DNA of 58,394 bases, from the NCBI GenBank assembly GCA_965221165.1, contig CBDCRP010000001.1, positions 1 to 58,394 of the forward strand, given 5' to 3'. Under the pieces are notes generated by a model that did no database searches, was not told the DNA's origin, and saw only the letters and a program-made list of their open reading frames with translations. The stretch is from a bacterium. GTDB taxonomy: Bacteria; UBA8248. Positions 1-9,624 of this stretch are shown here, in pieces. The translations under genes and the position numbers were made by a program. How positions within the stretch are numbered: position 1 is the first letter of the stretch; every line of letters starts with the position of its first letter.

Positions 1-249
1 TACCTCCTTTGAGCGTGAGAGTGATAATTTCTTCATCACAAATGAAATCTGTTGCGCTGTTTCTTGGATCGGTGATGCAAAGGCGTGCTGAAACGCCAAA
101 TTCTGCTTCATTATAAGTATTTAGCAAAACATCTTGTATCATAAATGTAGAAGAGGTCAAGCAAGTAGATAGCCGCTATTTGGAATTCGGTAGCGATTAA
201 TTCAGGATAACTCCATGGCGGCAGCTACTGGAAATCAAGGAGAAGTTTC

Positions 250-756
250 ATGTCCGAAGGTATCTCCCCCGCCCCCGTGGACGGGGATTATGTCGTCAAG
301 CCGGCGCAAGAACCGATACAGATTCCGGCGGAGAACCCGCCGGGAGATTGCTCGGAGGTTGCCGAGCGAATCATGGGCGAGCTCAAAGCGCTTGGCGTGG
401 ATCGCATCGAAACCCACGAGTTCGTTTCGGGCCGGCCGAACTTCATCATCCAGGCCGGCGAGGGGGCGCGGGCGATTCGGCCGTTCATGGAAAACGGGAC
501 ACCGGGGATTTTCTTCGGGCCCGGCGAGTTCATCTCGGAAGCCCACCTGCCCAACGAGCGTGTGCCCGCGCAGAACCCCATCGGCGCGGCGCGGATGGTG
601 TGTAACGGCGAGCCCTTCCAGGGCGCTTTGGCCGGCAGGTCGGGAGAAGGCTTCCTCGGAGTTGTCTTGACCGCAGCGGAAAAGATGTACATTATTCATT
701 CTAAACTTAATGCGCAGAACACTTTTGATCCGGCACAGTATCCGGGTAACTTTTGA
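250..756 (+). pseudogene. Internally deleted M20 (ArgE/DapE-like) amidohydrolase remnant
   Basis: N-terminus (VKPAQEPIQIPAENPPGDCSEVAERI...GRPNFIIQAGEG) resembles an M20 N-terminus and is joined directly to an M20-like C-terminus (GIFFGPGE...AHLPNERV); the central metal-binding and dimerisation region is missing. RBS AGGAG at 238-242. Confidence 0.6.
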
Positions 757-795
757 ATCTTAGTATCTATTTTATTTTCGAGGGCAGTATTTTTT

Positions 796-1731
796 ATGCG
801 CGCTTATATCATCCGTGGTCTACTGCAGAGTTTGATTGTCCTGTGGATGGTCCTCCTCATCGTCTTCTTGATGCTCCACATGACGGGGGACCCGGCCGAC
901 GTCCTGATGCCCGATGAAGCCACCTTAGAAGAAGTCGCCGCGTTCAACAAAGAAAGGGGCTTCGATAAGCCGATCTACGTCCAATACTTTAACTTCCTGT
1001 TCGGCCACAAAAAGAACAAGGGCGTTTTGAGGGGCGATTTCGGAGATTCGTTCTACCACAATGTCCCCGCCATGGGCCTTGTCACCGAGCGCATTCCCGC
1101 CACGGTAATGCTCGCCGTTTTCGCCCTTTTCGTGGGGCTCGTGATCGCCATCCCAACCGGGATCTGCTCGGCCGTTTTCCGTAAAACCTGGATCGACTAT
1201 TTCAGTTCGGTCTTGTCGATGGCGGGCCAGTCCATCCCCAACTTCTGGCTGGGCCTGATGCTTATTATCCTATTCTCTGAAATTCTCGGGTGGCTGCCGA
1301 CATCGGGCTACCGGGAGGCGAAGAGCATCATCCTGCCGGGACTGGCCGCCGGTCTCTACGCCACGGCCCGCATCATGCGGATGATGCGCTCGACACTGCT
1401 TGAGGTGATGTCCCAGGACTTCGTGAATACGGCACGCTCGAAGGGAATCACCGAGGCCTTGGTCATCGGCCGCCATGCCCTCAAAAACGCATCTATCCCC
1501 GTTGTCACCATCATCGGCCTGGAACTCGGCGGCTTGCTCAGCGGGACGGTGGTCATCGAAGTCATCTTTGCCTGGCCAGGGGTGGGTTGGCTGGTGGTGG
1601 AATCTATCAATGTCAACGACTATCCGGTTGTCCAGGCGGCTGTGGCCCTGCTTTCGTTCATGTTCGTGGGCGTCAATCTCGCCGTGGACATCATGTATGC
1701 GTGGCTCGATCCGCGCGTTTCATACAATTAG
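796..1731 (+). CDS. Peptide/nickel ABC transporter permease (DppB/OppB family)
   Basis: GDPA N-terminal motif, GDFGDS, EAA loop (SQDFVNTARSKG...HALKNA), C-terminal LDPRV. Confidence 0.93.
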   Translation: MRAYIIRGLLQSLIVLWMVLLIVFLMLHMTGDPADVLMPDEATLEEVAAFNKERGFDKPIYVQYFNFLFGHKKNKGVLRGDFGDSFYHNVPAMGLVTERIPATVMLAVFALFVGLVIAIPTGICSAVFRKTWIDYFSSVLSMAGQSIPNFWLGLMLIILFSEILGWLPTSGYREAKSIILPGLAAGLYATARIMRMMRSTLLEVMSQDFVNTARSKGITEALVIGRHALKNASIPVVTIIGLELGGLLSGTVVIEVIFAWPGVGWLVVESINVNDYPVVQAAVALLSFMFVGVNLAVDIMYAWLDPRVSYN

Positions 1732-1751
1732 CGCAGGCGGAGGCAAGAAAC

Positions 1752-2687
1752 ATGGCGATGGACAACCCCCTGGACGCTGACGCCGCCCCCCGTTTCGATC
1801 AGGATTTGGACGAGCGCGGCCCCTCGGATTTACAACTTGCGCTGCGCGATCTTTTGAAGCGGCCTCCGGCGCTCTTTGGCGTTTTCTGCATTATCATCAC
1901 AATCCTTTGGGCTATCGTCCCCGGTCTTTTCTCGCCCCATGACCCTTTGTCCCAAGACCTGTTGCGTCACCTGAAGCCCCCGGGTTTCGTGGACGAAGCG
2001 GGCAACACCTATTGGCTCGGCACGGACCGGCTCGGGCGCGACATCTTGAGCCGAATCATCTGGGGCTCGCGCGTCTCACTCTCTGTGGGTTTTGCCGCCG
2101 TCTTTATAAGCGGTTTTATCGGGATAGCAACGGGACTCGTTGCGGGCTACTTCGGGGGCAAAATTGACGCCGTGATCAGCAGGATTGTAGACACCGCTCT
2201 CGCGATCCCGTTCGTCCTGCTCGCGATATCCATCATTGCGATCCTGGGAGCGAGCCTCCAGAACATCGTCCTCGCCATCTCCCTAAGGACGTGGACCGTC
2301 TACACGAGGGTGGTACGGGGAGGGGTCTTCGCATTAAAAGATACCGACATGGTCACCGGAGCAAAATCCGCCGGCTGCAACACCCCCCGGATCATGATCA
2401 TTTATCTCCTTCCCAACGTATTTTCTTCCTGCATCGTGGTGGCCACCATTTATCTGGGCCGTATGATCATCATCGAATCCTCTTTTTCCTTCCTGGGCAT
2501 GGGTGTGCCCCCCCCGACCCCGACCTGGGGCGGGATGCTCGCCGAGGGCCGCGGATTCCTCGACACCGCCTGGTGGCTCACCCTCTTTCCCGGCGTGACC
2601 CTCACGCTGACCGTATTGGGAGTCAATCTCCTGGGGGATTGGCTTCGGGATGTGCTCGATCCCAGGATGAAGCGCCTGGACGACTAG
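1752..2687 (+). CDS. Peptide/nickel ABC transporter permease (DppC/OppC family)
   Basis: WLGTDRLGRDILSRIIWGSRVSL, SFLGMG-PPPTPTWGGML and GDWLRDVLDPR motifs; start moved to ATG 1752, just after the dppB stop. Confidence 0.93.
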   Translation: MAMDNPLDADAAPRFDQDLDERGPSDLQLALRDLLKRPPALFGVFCIIITILWAIVPGLFSPHDPLSQDLLRHLKPPGFVDEAGNTYWLGTDRLGRDILSRIIWGSRVSLSVGFAAVFISGFIGIATGLVAGYFGGKIDAVISRIVDTALAIPFVLLAISIIAILGASLQNIVLAISLRTWTVYTRVVRGGVFALKDTDMVTGAKSAGCNTPRIMIIYLLPNVFSSCIVVATIYLGRMIIIESSFSFLGMGVPPPTPTWGGMLAEGRGFLDTAWWLTLFPGVTLTLTVLGVNLLGDWLRDVLDPRMKRLDD

Positions 2688-2762
2688 CGCGCCCGCAGAT
2701 GTGGCCGATCCGCCTCCTGTATCTGAACTTTTTTCGGCTCCCAAACAATTGAAAGGGAAATC

Positions 2763-3785
2763 ATGACGAGAATTTTTGTGCCTCAACCGATTCCGGAGGT
2801 CGCAGCCGCTGAACTCGATAAACTGGGCGAGGTGACCACATATCCACATGTTGACCGCATGATTCCGGAATCAGAGCTGCTGGAAGCCGTGCGCGACAAA
2901 CACATACTGTTCGGCATAGGGGAGATCCCCTTCAACGAGCGAGTGTTCGACGCGGCGAAAGAGTTGCAGTTCGTCTCCGTCATGCATGGGTCGGCGAAGT
3001 TCATTGATTTTGCAGCGGCGACGCGCCGCAACATTCCGGTCTCGGGGCAAAAAAGCATGACCCAAAAAACAACCGCGGAATTCACATTCGCTCTTTTGAT
3101 GGCGACGGCGTGGCGATTGCCGGAGGCGGATACGTTCCTCCGAGAGGATCGCTGGCGGCAGAATCAGTCGATGGCTTTCATGGGTACGCGCCTCTTCGGC
3201 AAGACGCTCGGGATCGTCGGGATGGGCCGAATCGGGCAACTGCTAGCGCGCAAAGCCGCCGCTTGCGATATGCGCATTACCTACAACAAGCGCACCCCCC
3301 TGAACCCGGCGGAGGAATTTGTTCTCGGTTCAGCCGAATTTCGCACCCTTGACGATTTGTTTACCGAAGCGGATTTCATCGCATTGACCCCGGCGCTCAC
3401 CAAAGACACGGTGGGTCTCATCGATGAACGGCTTATCTCTCTCATGAAACCGAGCGCCATTCTGATTAACACTTCGCGCGGACCGGTTTTGGACGAGGCG
3501 GCCCTGGAGAAAGCCCTGAGAGAAAAGCGAATTCGGGGCGCCGGGCTGGACGTCTATCAGACCGAGGTTCCCGAGCCCAATCCGGGGCCGATAGCGGGTC
3601 TCAAGAGCCTTCCGAATGTCGTTCTTACCCCACACATGGGCAGCGCGGGCCGCGAGACGCGCGAGGAGATGGCCTTGCGTACGGTGATGAATATCGAGCG
3701 CTTCCTCGCCGGCAAGCGGCCGTATGATGTCTTTAACCCCGAAATTTATGGCGAGGCGGCCATTACGGACGAGGTCATCGGATAG
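2763..3785 (+). CDS. D-2-hydroxyacid dehydrogenase (glyoxylate reductase / D-glycerate dehydrogenase-like)
   Basis: GMGRIG Rossmann motif, INTSRG, GLDV and TPHMGS catalytic motifs. Confidence 0.9.
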   Translation: MTRIFVPQPIPEVAAAELDKLGEVTTYPHVDRMIPESELLEAVRDKHILFGIGEIPFNERVFDAAKELQFVSVMHGSAKFIDFAAATRRNIPVSGQKSMTQKTTAEFTFALLMATAWRLPEADTFLREDRWRQNQSMAFMGTRLFGKTLGIVGMGRIGQLLARKAAACDMRITYNKRTPLNPAEEFVLGSAEFRTLDDLFTEADFIALTPALTKDTVGLIDERLISLMKPSAILINTSRGPVLDEAALEKALREKRIRGAGLDVYQTEVPEPNPGPIAGLKSLPNVVLTPHMGSAGRETREEMALRTVMNIERFLAGKRPYDVFNPEIYGEAAITDEVIG

Positions 3786-3819
3786 CCAACGAGGCGACGG
3801 TTTTACTTCCGGGAACCCT

Positions 3820-3908
3820 TGCGCTACCCCTCCTCGTCCGATTTCGGCCACCGCCGTCCCGCCCAGCGCTGGCAGGATGCGCCTCTCCAGTACGGAGCGG
3901 TGTGTCCG
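3820..3908 (-). pseudogene. Tyrosine integrase fragment (central core-binding region)
   Basis: Translates THRSVLERRILPALGGTAVAEIGRGGV, homologous to the longer fragment at 8995-9306; 20 bp are identical between the two. Confidence 0.65.
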
Positions 3909-4317
3909 CGTCAGGCTCGAATGATGCGGCAACTCCTCATTCAGCCCATACCCGATGAACCACCGAATCGCGAGGTTCACCCGCGCCTCGCGCATCAGAC
4001 GACGATCGTGAACGTAACCCGGCAGAAGACCCGCCAGCATCAGCCGAACCGCCACTTCCGGGTCGATTCCGGGACGACCCCTGTCCTCGCTGTAGCAATC
4101 CGCCGCCACCTCCTCCGCAGCCAACTCAAATCCAGTACGCGACCCACCCGGGCCAAGACGTGATCCTTCGGTATCAACCGCTCCAAAGAACCGGCCACGA
4201 ACAATTCCATCTGCTCGCGCCTCTAGCGTCCCAACATCTCTTCTGACTCCCCTCCCGGGCGCTGAATATCCATACAACGAATCACATAGCCGGTGTTTTT
4301 TCAACAACCCAACAGGC
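3907..4317 (-). mobile_element. Truncated IS1182-family element: left end plus transposase pseudogene
   Basis: From ATG at 4237: MLGR*RREQMELFVAGSLERLIPKDHVLARV..LDLSWLR, frameshift, then EVAADCYSEDRGRPGIDPEVAVRLMLAG...WFIGYGLNEELPHHSSLTR. Premature TAG at codon 5; terminal motif GGGTTGTTGAAAAAA near 4295-4310. Confidence 0.85.
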
Positions 4318-4686
4318 GCGGCGTGGACGTCACGGCATCTCCGGGAGGCTTCCCAGTTCAACTAGGCCCTCTTCCGGCACGTGGTGGCGCAACTGCTGCA
4401 CCTGTCCCTGCACTGCCAGCGGGACGCGCTGAGGGGAGCATGTGGCTTCCGGCGGGGAAGTGCAGGGACCTTGGTTCGGCCGCGAGGCTGGTCCTGTCGA
4501 AGGCATTGGAACTACGTCCGACCGGACGCTTCTTACCCGGAATCCACTGGGATCCGGTACCCAGGCGCTGTTGCCATGCCCCCACCCGTTCGGAGTCGAT
4601 CAACCGCCTCAAGACCTGAGATCGGTGAGGAATTGCCGGGAGGTTGGTTGAGCGGAAAGCAGAGCAGCAAGGTGATGATTGCCGGG

Positions 4687-5991
4687 CTAGTCGGCCGCGT
4701 CCTCGCCGCGGGCATGTGCCACCTCGCGCGCACTCGGATTGACCGATGGGCGGAAGGGGACCTCGCAAACCTGCGCACGGTCGGGTTGCCCCGGCTCGCC
4801 GGCATACTCATCCGGCAGCCAGACCAGCAGCTCGGTCCCAACCGCCGACTTGCCGATCGGCACGTAACCCAGCGAGATGTTGGACCCCAACTCCGGGGCG
4901 TGCCACGGCGAAGTCAGGTAACCGATCGGGTCGCCTCCGTCGGCATCCGAGACCAGCCAGAAGTCGGGCGCGTAGTCGTCGATCGGCTTGCCGCCCAGCT
5001 TCATGCCCACCATCACCATCGAGAACGGCGGACGCCCCGCGGCGATCTCGGCTCGCATCCGTTCGAGGGCCGTCCGGCCGATGTAGTCGCCCTGCTTCCT
5101 GCGCGGCACCTGATAGGCCAGGTTGCACTGAAAAGGCACCGTCTCGTGGTCGATGTCCTGCCCCCAGGACAGGATGCCGGCCTGGATACGACGCTGATGG
5201 CCGGGGGCGGTGACCATTAGCTGGTGCGGCTTGCCCGCGTCAAGCACCGCGTGCCACAGCTTCTCGGCGTGCAGGGTGGCGTCGCGCAGGTAGATCTCAT
5301 AACCCTTCTCTCCCGAGAAGCCGGATTGGGATACGACCACCGGGCAGCCCTCGACCTCGGTTTCGAGGATGCCGTAGTAGGGGATGTCCCGGACATCGTC
5401 GCCCACCAGATCGACCATCAGCGCGAGCGACCTCGGCCCTTGGATCTGTAACGGGCAGACATCGATCTCATTGATTTCCACATCCATCCGCTTCCCGACG
5501 TTGACGCCTTGCAGCCAGAACAGCAAGTCGGAGTCCGCCAGCGAGAACCAGAATTCCTCCGCGGCCAGGCGCAACAGGACCGGGTCGTTCAGAATCCCGC
5601 CCTTCTCGTTGCAGAGTATGACGTACTTCGCTTGCATCGGCCTGATGCGGGTCGCGTCGCGAGTAATGACGTAGTCGACGAACCGCTCTGCATCCGGTCC
5701 CTTGATTTGGATCTGCCGCTCGACCGCGACGTTCCAAAGCGTCACGTGGTTCGTCAGCGCCTCGTGCTCGACGGCTGCGCCGCCCTCCTCCGGCCTTACG
5801 TAGCCGCGCGGATGGTAGATGCGATTGTAGACCGTGGCTCGCCAGCAGCCTTTGTCGTGGGACAGGTGCCAGTAGGGCGACTTCCGCACCCGCGTGGAGA
5901 TGAGCAGCTCCGTGGGCGTCCGGCCACTCTGGCGCAGGTTGATGGGAACGATTCGGTCGGACTGGTCGACACTGTGCGGCTGGCCACTCAT
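4687..5991 (-). CDS. GcvT-family aminomethyltransferase / THF-dependent demethylase
   Basis: LWNVAVERQIQIKGPDA, GGILNDPVL, SQSGFSGEKGYEIY and RIQAGILSWGQD motifs; RBS AGGAGG upstream. Confidence 0.88.
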   Translation of the reverse strand: MSGQPHSVDQSDRIVPINLRQSGRTPTELLISTRVRKSPYWHLSHDKGCWRATVYNRIYHPRGYVRPEEGGAAVEHEALTNHVTLWNVAVERQIQIKGPDAERFVDYVITRDATRIRPMQAKYVILCNEKGGILNDPVLLRLAAEEFWFSLADSDLLFWLQGVNVGKRMDVEINEIDVCPLQIQGPRSLALMVDLVGDDVRDIPYYGILETEVEGCPVVVSQSGFSGEKGYEIYLRDATLHAEKLWHAVLDAGKPHQLMVTAPGHQRRIQAGILSWGQDIDHETVPFQCNLAYQVPRRKQGDYIGRTALERMRAEIAAGRPPFSMVMVGMKLGGKPIDDYAPDFWLVSDADGGDPIGYLTSPWHAPELGSNISLGYVPIGKSAVGTELLVWLPDEYAGEPGQPDRAQVCEVPFRPSVNPSAREVAHARGEDAAD

Positions 5992-6202
5992 GGCTCCTCC
6001 TGCTCCGTCACGCCTTATGGTTTTCCGGCGCGGCTCCGGTACGCGATCGACTCACAATGATCCAACGGCAGCGACTGCACCAACCGTGGCACAGCTAATG
6101 CCGAAAGCAGGCGGCGCCCCGATACCGGCGACCCCTAGCGGTACGAGTTTGCCGCCGTTACCGAGGTGCTCCCGACTCTCGCGACACTTGTAAACAAGGC
6201 TA

Positions 6203-6230
6203 ATTATATGCCATATATCCCATGTTTCAA
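6203..6230 (-). promoter_or_regulatory. Sigma70-like promoter for the GcvT gene, overlapped by palindrome TATATG-C-CATATA (6205-6217)
   Basis: Minus strand TTGAAA-16 bp-TATAAT; a perfect 13-bp palindrome overlaps the -10 box. Confidence 0.55.
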
Positions 6231-6361
6231 GGCTGACCTTCCGGCCAGGGCGTGATGCGGACGCCGATGCCGCTCATGGGGGCAAGACCGGAAACCTACG
6301 CGATCGACTCCGGGGCCGAGCATGTCGCGAGTTGTGACCGTCATGCGTACGCGGGGGATCA

Positions 6362-8917
6362 ATTCTGAAAGACTCCATCAACAGCCTAGCCGAGAGCACT
6401 TCGCCGCCGCCGACACGGGCGACGATTGCCGTGATCGGCGCCGGTATCGTCGGCAATTGCCTAGTGCGGCACTTGGCGGAGCTGGGGTGGGACAACCTAC
6501 TGCTGATCGAAAAGGGGCCGCTGCCTAACCCCGGTGGTTCGACCGGCCACGCGTCGAACTTCATCTTCCCCACTGATCACAATCGCGAGATCACGATGCT
6601 GACATTGGAGAGCCAACGCCAATATGCCGCGCTCGGCGTCAACACCACGTGTGGCGGTATCGAAGTGGCACGCACGGATGCTCGCATGGAAGAGTTGCGC
6701 CGGCGGATGACCTCGGCTCTCTGCTGGGGTATCGAGGCCGAGCTGCTTCATCCCGCCGAGGTGGTCGCCAAGGTGCCGTTCGTGAACGGTGACGTGATCC
6801 TGGGCGGCTTCTACACGCCGAGCGTGTCGGTGGTCGACCCGGTCCGGGCGGGCACCATCATGCGTGAGCAGGCGCGTGCCAAGGGAGTGCTGACCGTGCT
6901 GGACAACACCGAGGTCACCGGGCTGGAGGTATCACGCCCGCCGTTCGGCCGTCCGCGCATCCGGGCCGTGGCGACTACGCGCGGCACGATCGCGGTGGAA
7001 CAGGTGGTGATTGCGTGCGGTGTCTGGAGCCCGCGAGTCGCCACGCTCGCCGGAGCGACCATCCCGCTTACCCCGGCGGTGCACCAGATGGCCGACATGG
7101 GCTCGATCGACCTGCTGCGAAGGACGGGAAACGAGATCGACTATCCGATCGTCCGCGACATGGACACCTTCATGTACGAGCGACAGAGTCACGAGGCGAT
7201 GGAAATCGGCTCTTATGCCCATCGCCCCATCCTGGTGCATCCCGATGACATTCCTTCCTTTGCGGAGGCGGAGCGGACACCCACCGAGCTGCCCTTCACC
7301 GGCGATGACTTCGCTCCGCAGCTCGAGCATGCCCGGACGATTATGGGCGAGTTGCTTGCCGGTTCCGAAATGCAATATTCGGTGAACGGACTGCTGTCCC
7401 TGACACCGGATGCGATGCAGGTGCTGGGCGAGACCGCCGAGGTGGAGAAGCTCTGGTCGGCGGCCGCAGTTTGGATCAAGGAGGGCCCCGGCACCGCGCG
7501 CTTGATCGCCGAGTGGATCACCTACGGCTATCCGCGTCTGTGCGATCCACACGGCTCGGACATCACGCGGTTCTACCCGCACGAGCGAACCGAGCAGCAC
7601 ATTCGACAGCGCTGCTGCGAGCACTTTAACAAGACGTACGGAATCGTGCATCCGCGTGAGCAGTGGGCGTCCGCGCGCGGCATGCACCGGGCGCCGTTCT
7701 ACGATCGCACCGCGAACCTAGGCGCCGAATTCTTCGAAGCGCACGGCTGGGAGCGACCCCAGTGGTACGCGTCGAACGAGGATCTGGTCGCCCGCTACGG
7801 CGTTTCGGATCGCCCGCACGAATGGGATCGCCGCTGGTGGTCGCCGATCATCAACGCGGAGCATCTCCACATGCGGGAGAAAGTCGGGATCGTGGATTTG
7901 AGCGCCTTTCAGATCTTTGACGTGTCCGGACCCGGCGTCGTGCCCTACTTGGAGCGGTTGACGGTCAACCTCTGCGATCGTCCGGTGGGCTGCTCGATCT
8001 ACACCCCGCTGTTAACGCCGGATGGCGGGATCCGCGCCGATCTCACCATACAGAGGCTGGCGTACGATCGGTTCCGCATCGTGACCGGAGTCTTCGACGG
8101 TGCGCGCGACGAGGTCTGGTTCCGCCGCCATCTGCCCGGGGACGGCTCGGTTCAGTTCGAGAACCAATCGTCGGCATTCTGCACCATAGGGGTATGGGGA
8201 CCGGATGCCCGCGCGTTGCTCTCCGAGATTGCCGGCGCCCCGCTGACACAGGAAGCGTTTCCGTACGGGACGATGCAGGAGGTGATTATTGATGGCGTTC
8301 CGACGACGATGCTGCGCATTTCCTACGTGGGCGAGAGCGGATGGGAGATCTACACGCGCACGTCGCACGGCGTGCGCCTGTGGGACGCGATTTGGGAGGC
8401 GGGCCGCGCCTTCGACGCCCGACCCGTCGGTATCGGCGTCTACGGCACCACGGGACGCCTTGAAAAGGGATACGCACTCATGGGCGCCGATCTCACCTCC
8501 GAGTACTCGCCGGTGGAGGCGGGCTTGGCGCGGCCCCGCGTGAAGGCCGCGGAATTCATCGGGAAGCAGCCCTACCTGCAGGCACGCGCCGAAGGTCCGG
8601 CGGCGAAGCTGTGTGCGCTGACGGTTGACGGTCACACCAGCGAATCCGGGGTGTTTCGGTTCCCCACTGGTAGCAGCGAACCGATCCTGACGCGTGACGG
8701 CAAGCGCCTCGTCGACGTCCGCGGACGGGAGTCCTTCGTCACCTCGGCCGGCATGGGACCGTCCCTCGGCCGGCACCTCCTGCTGGCCTATCTGCCGATC
8801 GAGCGGGCGGTGGCCGGCATCAAGTTGCAGGTGCTATACATGAGCGAGTGCTTCCCCGTGACCGTGGCTTCGCGCTCGGCGATGTTCGACCCTGAGGGCG
8901 CCCGCCTGAAAGCATAG
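6362..8917 (+). CDS. Dimethylglycine/sarcosine dehydrogenase-like FAD oxidoreductase with C-terminal GcvT domains
   Basis: VIGAGIVG FAD motif, GSTGHAS, GWERP, ISYVGESGWEIY, RLEKGY, and C-terminal FDPEGARLKA. Start is uncertain: ORF track gives GTG 6431, but the frame is open from 6338 with only ATT 6362 or CTG 6365 near an SD. Confidence 0.88.
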   Translation: MLKDSINSLAESTSPPPTRATIAVIGAGIVGNCLVRHLAELGWDNLLLIEKGPLPNPGGSTGHASNFIFPTDHNREITMLTLESQRQYAALGVNTTCGGIEVARTDARMEELRRRMTSALCWGIEAELLHPAEVVAKVPFVNGDVILGGFYTPSVSVVDPVRAGTIMREQARAKGVLTVLDNTEVTGLEVSRPPFGRPRIRAVATTRGTIAVEQVVIACGVWSPRVATLAGATIPLTPAVHQMADMGSIDLLRRTGNEIDYPIVRDMDTFMYERQSHEAMEIGSYAHRPILVHPDDIPSFAEAERTPTELPFTGDDFAPQLEHARTIMGELLAGSEMQYSVNGLLSLTPDAMQVLGETAEVEKLWSAAAVWIKEGPGTARLIAEWITYGYPRLCDPHGSDITRFYPHERTEQHIRQRCCEHFNKTYGIVHPREQWASARGMHRAPFYDRTANLGAEFFEAHGWERPQWYASNEDLVARYGVSDRPHEWDRRWWSPIINAEHLHMREKVGIVDLSAFQIFDVSGPGVVPYLERLTVNLCDRPVGCSIYTPLLTPDGGIRADLTIQRLAYDRFRIVTGVFDGARDEVWFRRHLPGDGSVQFENQSSAFCTIGVWGPDARALLSEIAGAPLTQEAFPYGTMQEVIIDGVPTTMLRISYVGESGWEIYTRTSHGVRLWDAIWEAGRAFDARPVGIGVYGTTGRLEKGYALMGADLTSEYSPVEAGLARPRVKAAEFIGKQPYLQARAEGPAAKLCALTVDGHTSESGVFRFPTGSSEPILTRDGKRLVDVRGRESFVTSAGMGPSLGRHLLLAYLPIERAVAGIKLQVLYMSECFPVTVASRSAMFDPEGARLKA

Positions 8918-8994
8918 CTGGACGAGGTATTGGACGTCTTGGCCACCGCAGAAAGCGTCTCGGAGCCGGAGGGGCGACTCCGCGCGAGGACGGG

Positions 8995-9306
8995 CGCGCC
9001 CTCCGCCTCCGCGTCCTTGAGCCCACGGCCCAGGCGCCGGAACTCCTCATCGCTCAGGAACCGCTCGCGCGGGCGCGTCCCGTAGCGGCGCAACCCCCGG
9101 CACGGGTTGCGCCCGGGCGGGGTCAGCTCCCACGCCCCGGCCAGCGTGAGTATCTCCGAGAGCAGGTCCACCGCCGCGTTCGCCCGGCTGGGCGTGCTCC
9201 GGAGCCGGTGATGCAGGGCAGAGACTTCCCCTCGGCCGAGCGCGGCCGCCGGCACCCCTCCCGGTTCCGGCAAAACATGATTGTCGAGTACGGAGCGGTG
9301 TGTCCG
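8995..9306 (-). pseudogene. Tyrosine integrase fragment
   Basis: THRSVLDNHVLP...LHHRLRSTPSRANAAVDLLSEILTLAGAWEL...NPCRGLRRYGTRPRERFLSDEEFRRLG: core-binding domain and start of catalytic domain; no start codon and no catalytic residues. Confidence 0.85.
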
Positions 9307-9368
9307 GCCCTGCCCCCGTGGTTGTCCTTCGTCAGGGTGGACACAAACAGGACAGGCCCAGGGGACTG

Positions 9369-9455
9369 TGGGGCAGCCCCGAGGAGGGGCTGCCACTACG
9401 AATTCGTTTCGATTCGGGTGTTCCCGTAGGGGCGGACCTGTGTGTCCGCCCTGCG
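9369..9455. repeat. GTAG-type REP-like hairpins
   Basis: GGCAGCCCCGAGGAGGGGCTGCCACTAC and GTAGGGGCGGACCTGTGTGTCCGCCC, GC-rich palindromes with a GTAG foot. Confidence 0.7.
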
Positions 9456-9467
9456 TTCGTTTTTGCT

Positions 9468-9624
9468 CGTCATTCCGGCGTATGCCGGTGGCAACCGCAA
9501 GGTTGACCAGACCAGATGAGAGAACCCGGGGGTCGAGGGAATCCCGCCGCCCGCACCGGATCGCCAAGCCAGAGCCTTTCTGGATACCCGTCCGCTCTGG
9601 ATTCCGGCATACGCCGGAATGACG
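9468..9624. repeat. Inverted pair of GTCATTCCGGC-type palindromic repeats
   Basis: CGTCATTCCGGCGTATGCCGG (9468-9488) is the exact reverse complement of 9604-9624 (21 bp). Confidence 0.85.

Noticed and set aside
3330-4361. 343-aa minus-strand ORF as a real gene
   Set aside because: A chimera of IS1182 and integrase remnants reading through antisense to the dehydrogenase.
4320-4686. Possible gene fragment downstream of the GcvT-like gene
   Set aside because: No family motif I can recognise with confidence.
5992-6360. Glycine riboswitch upstream of the GcvT-like gene
   Set aside because: No recognisable GGAGA...CCGAAG...CTCTCAGG aptamer on either strand.
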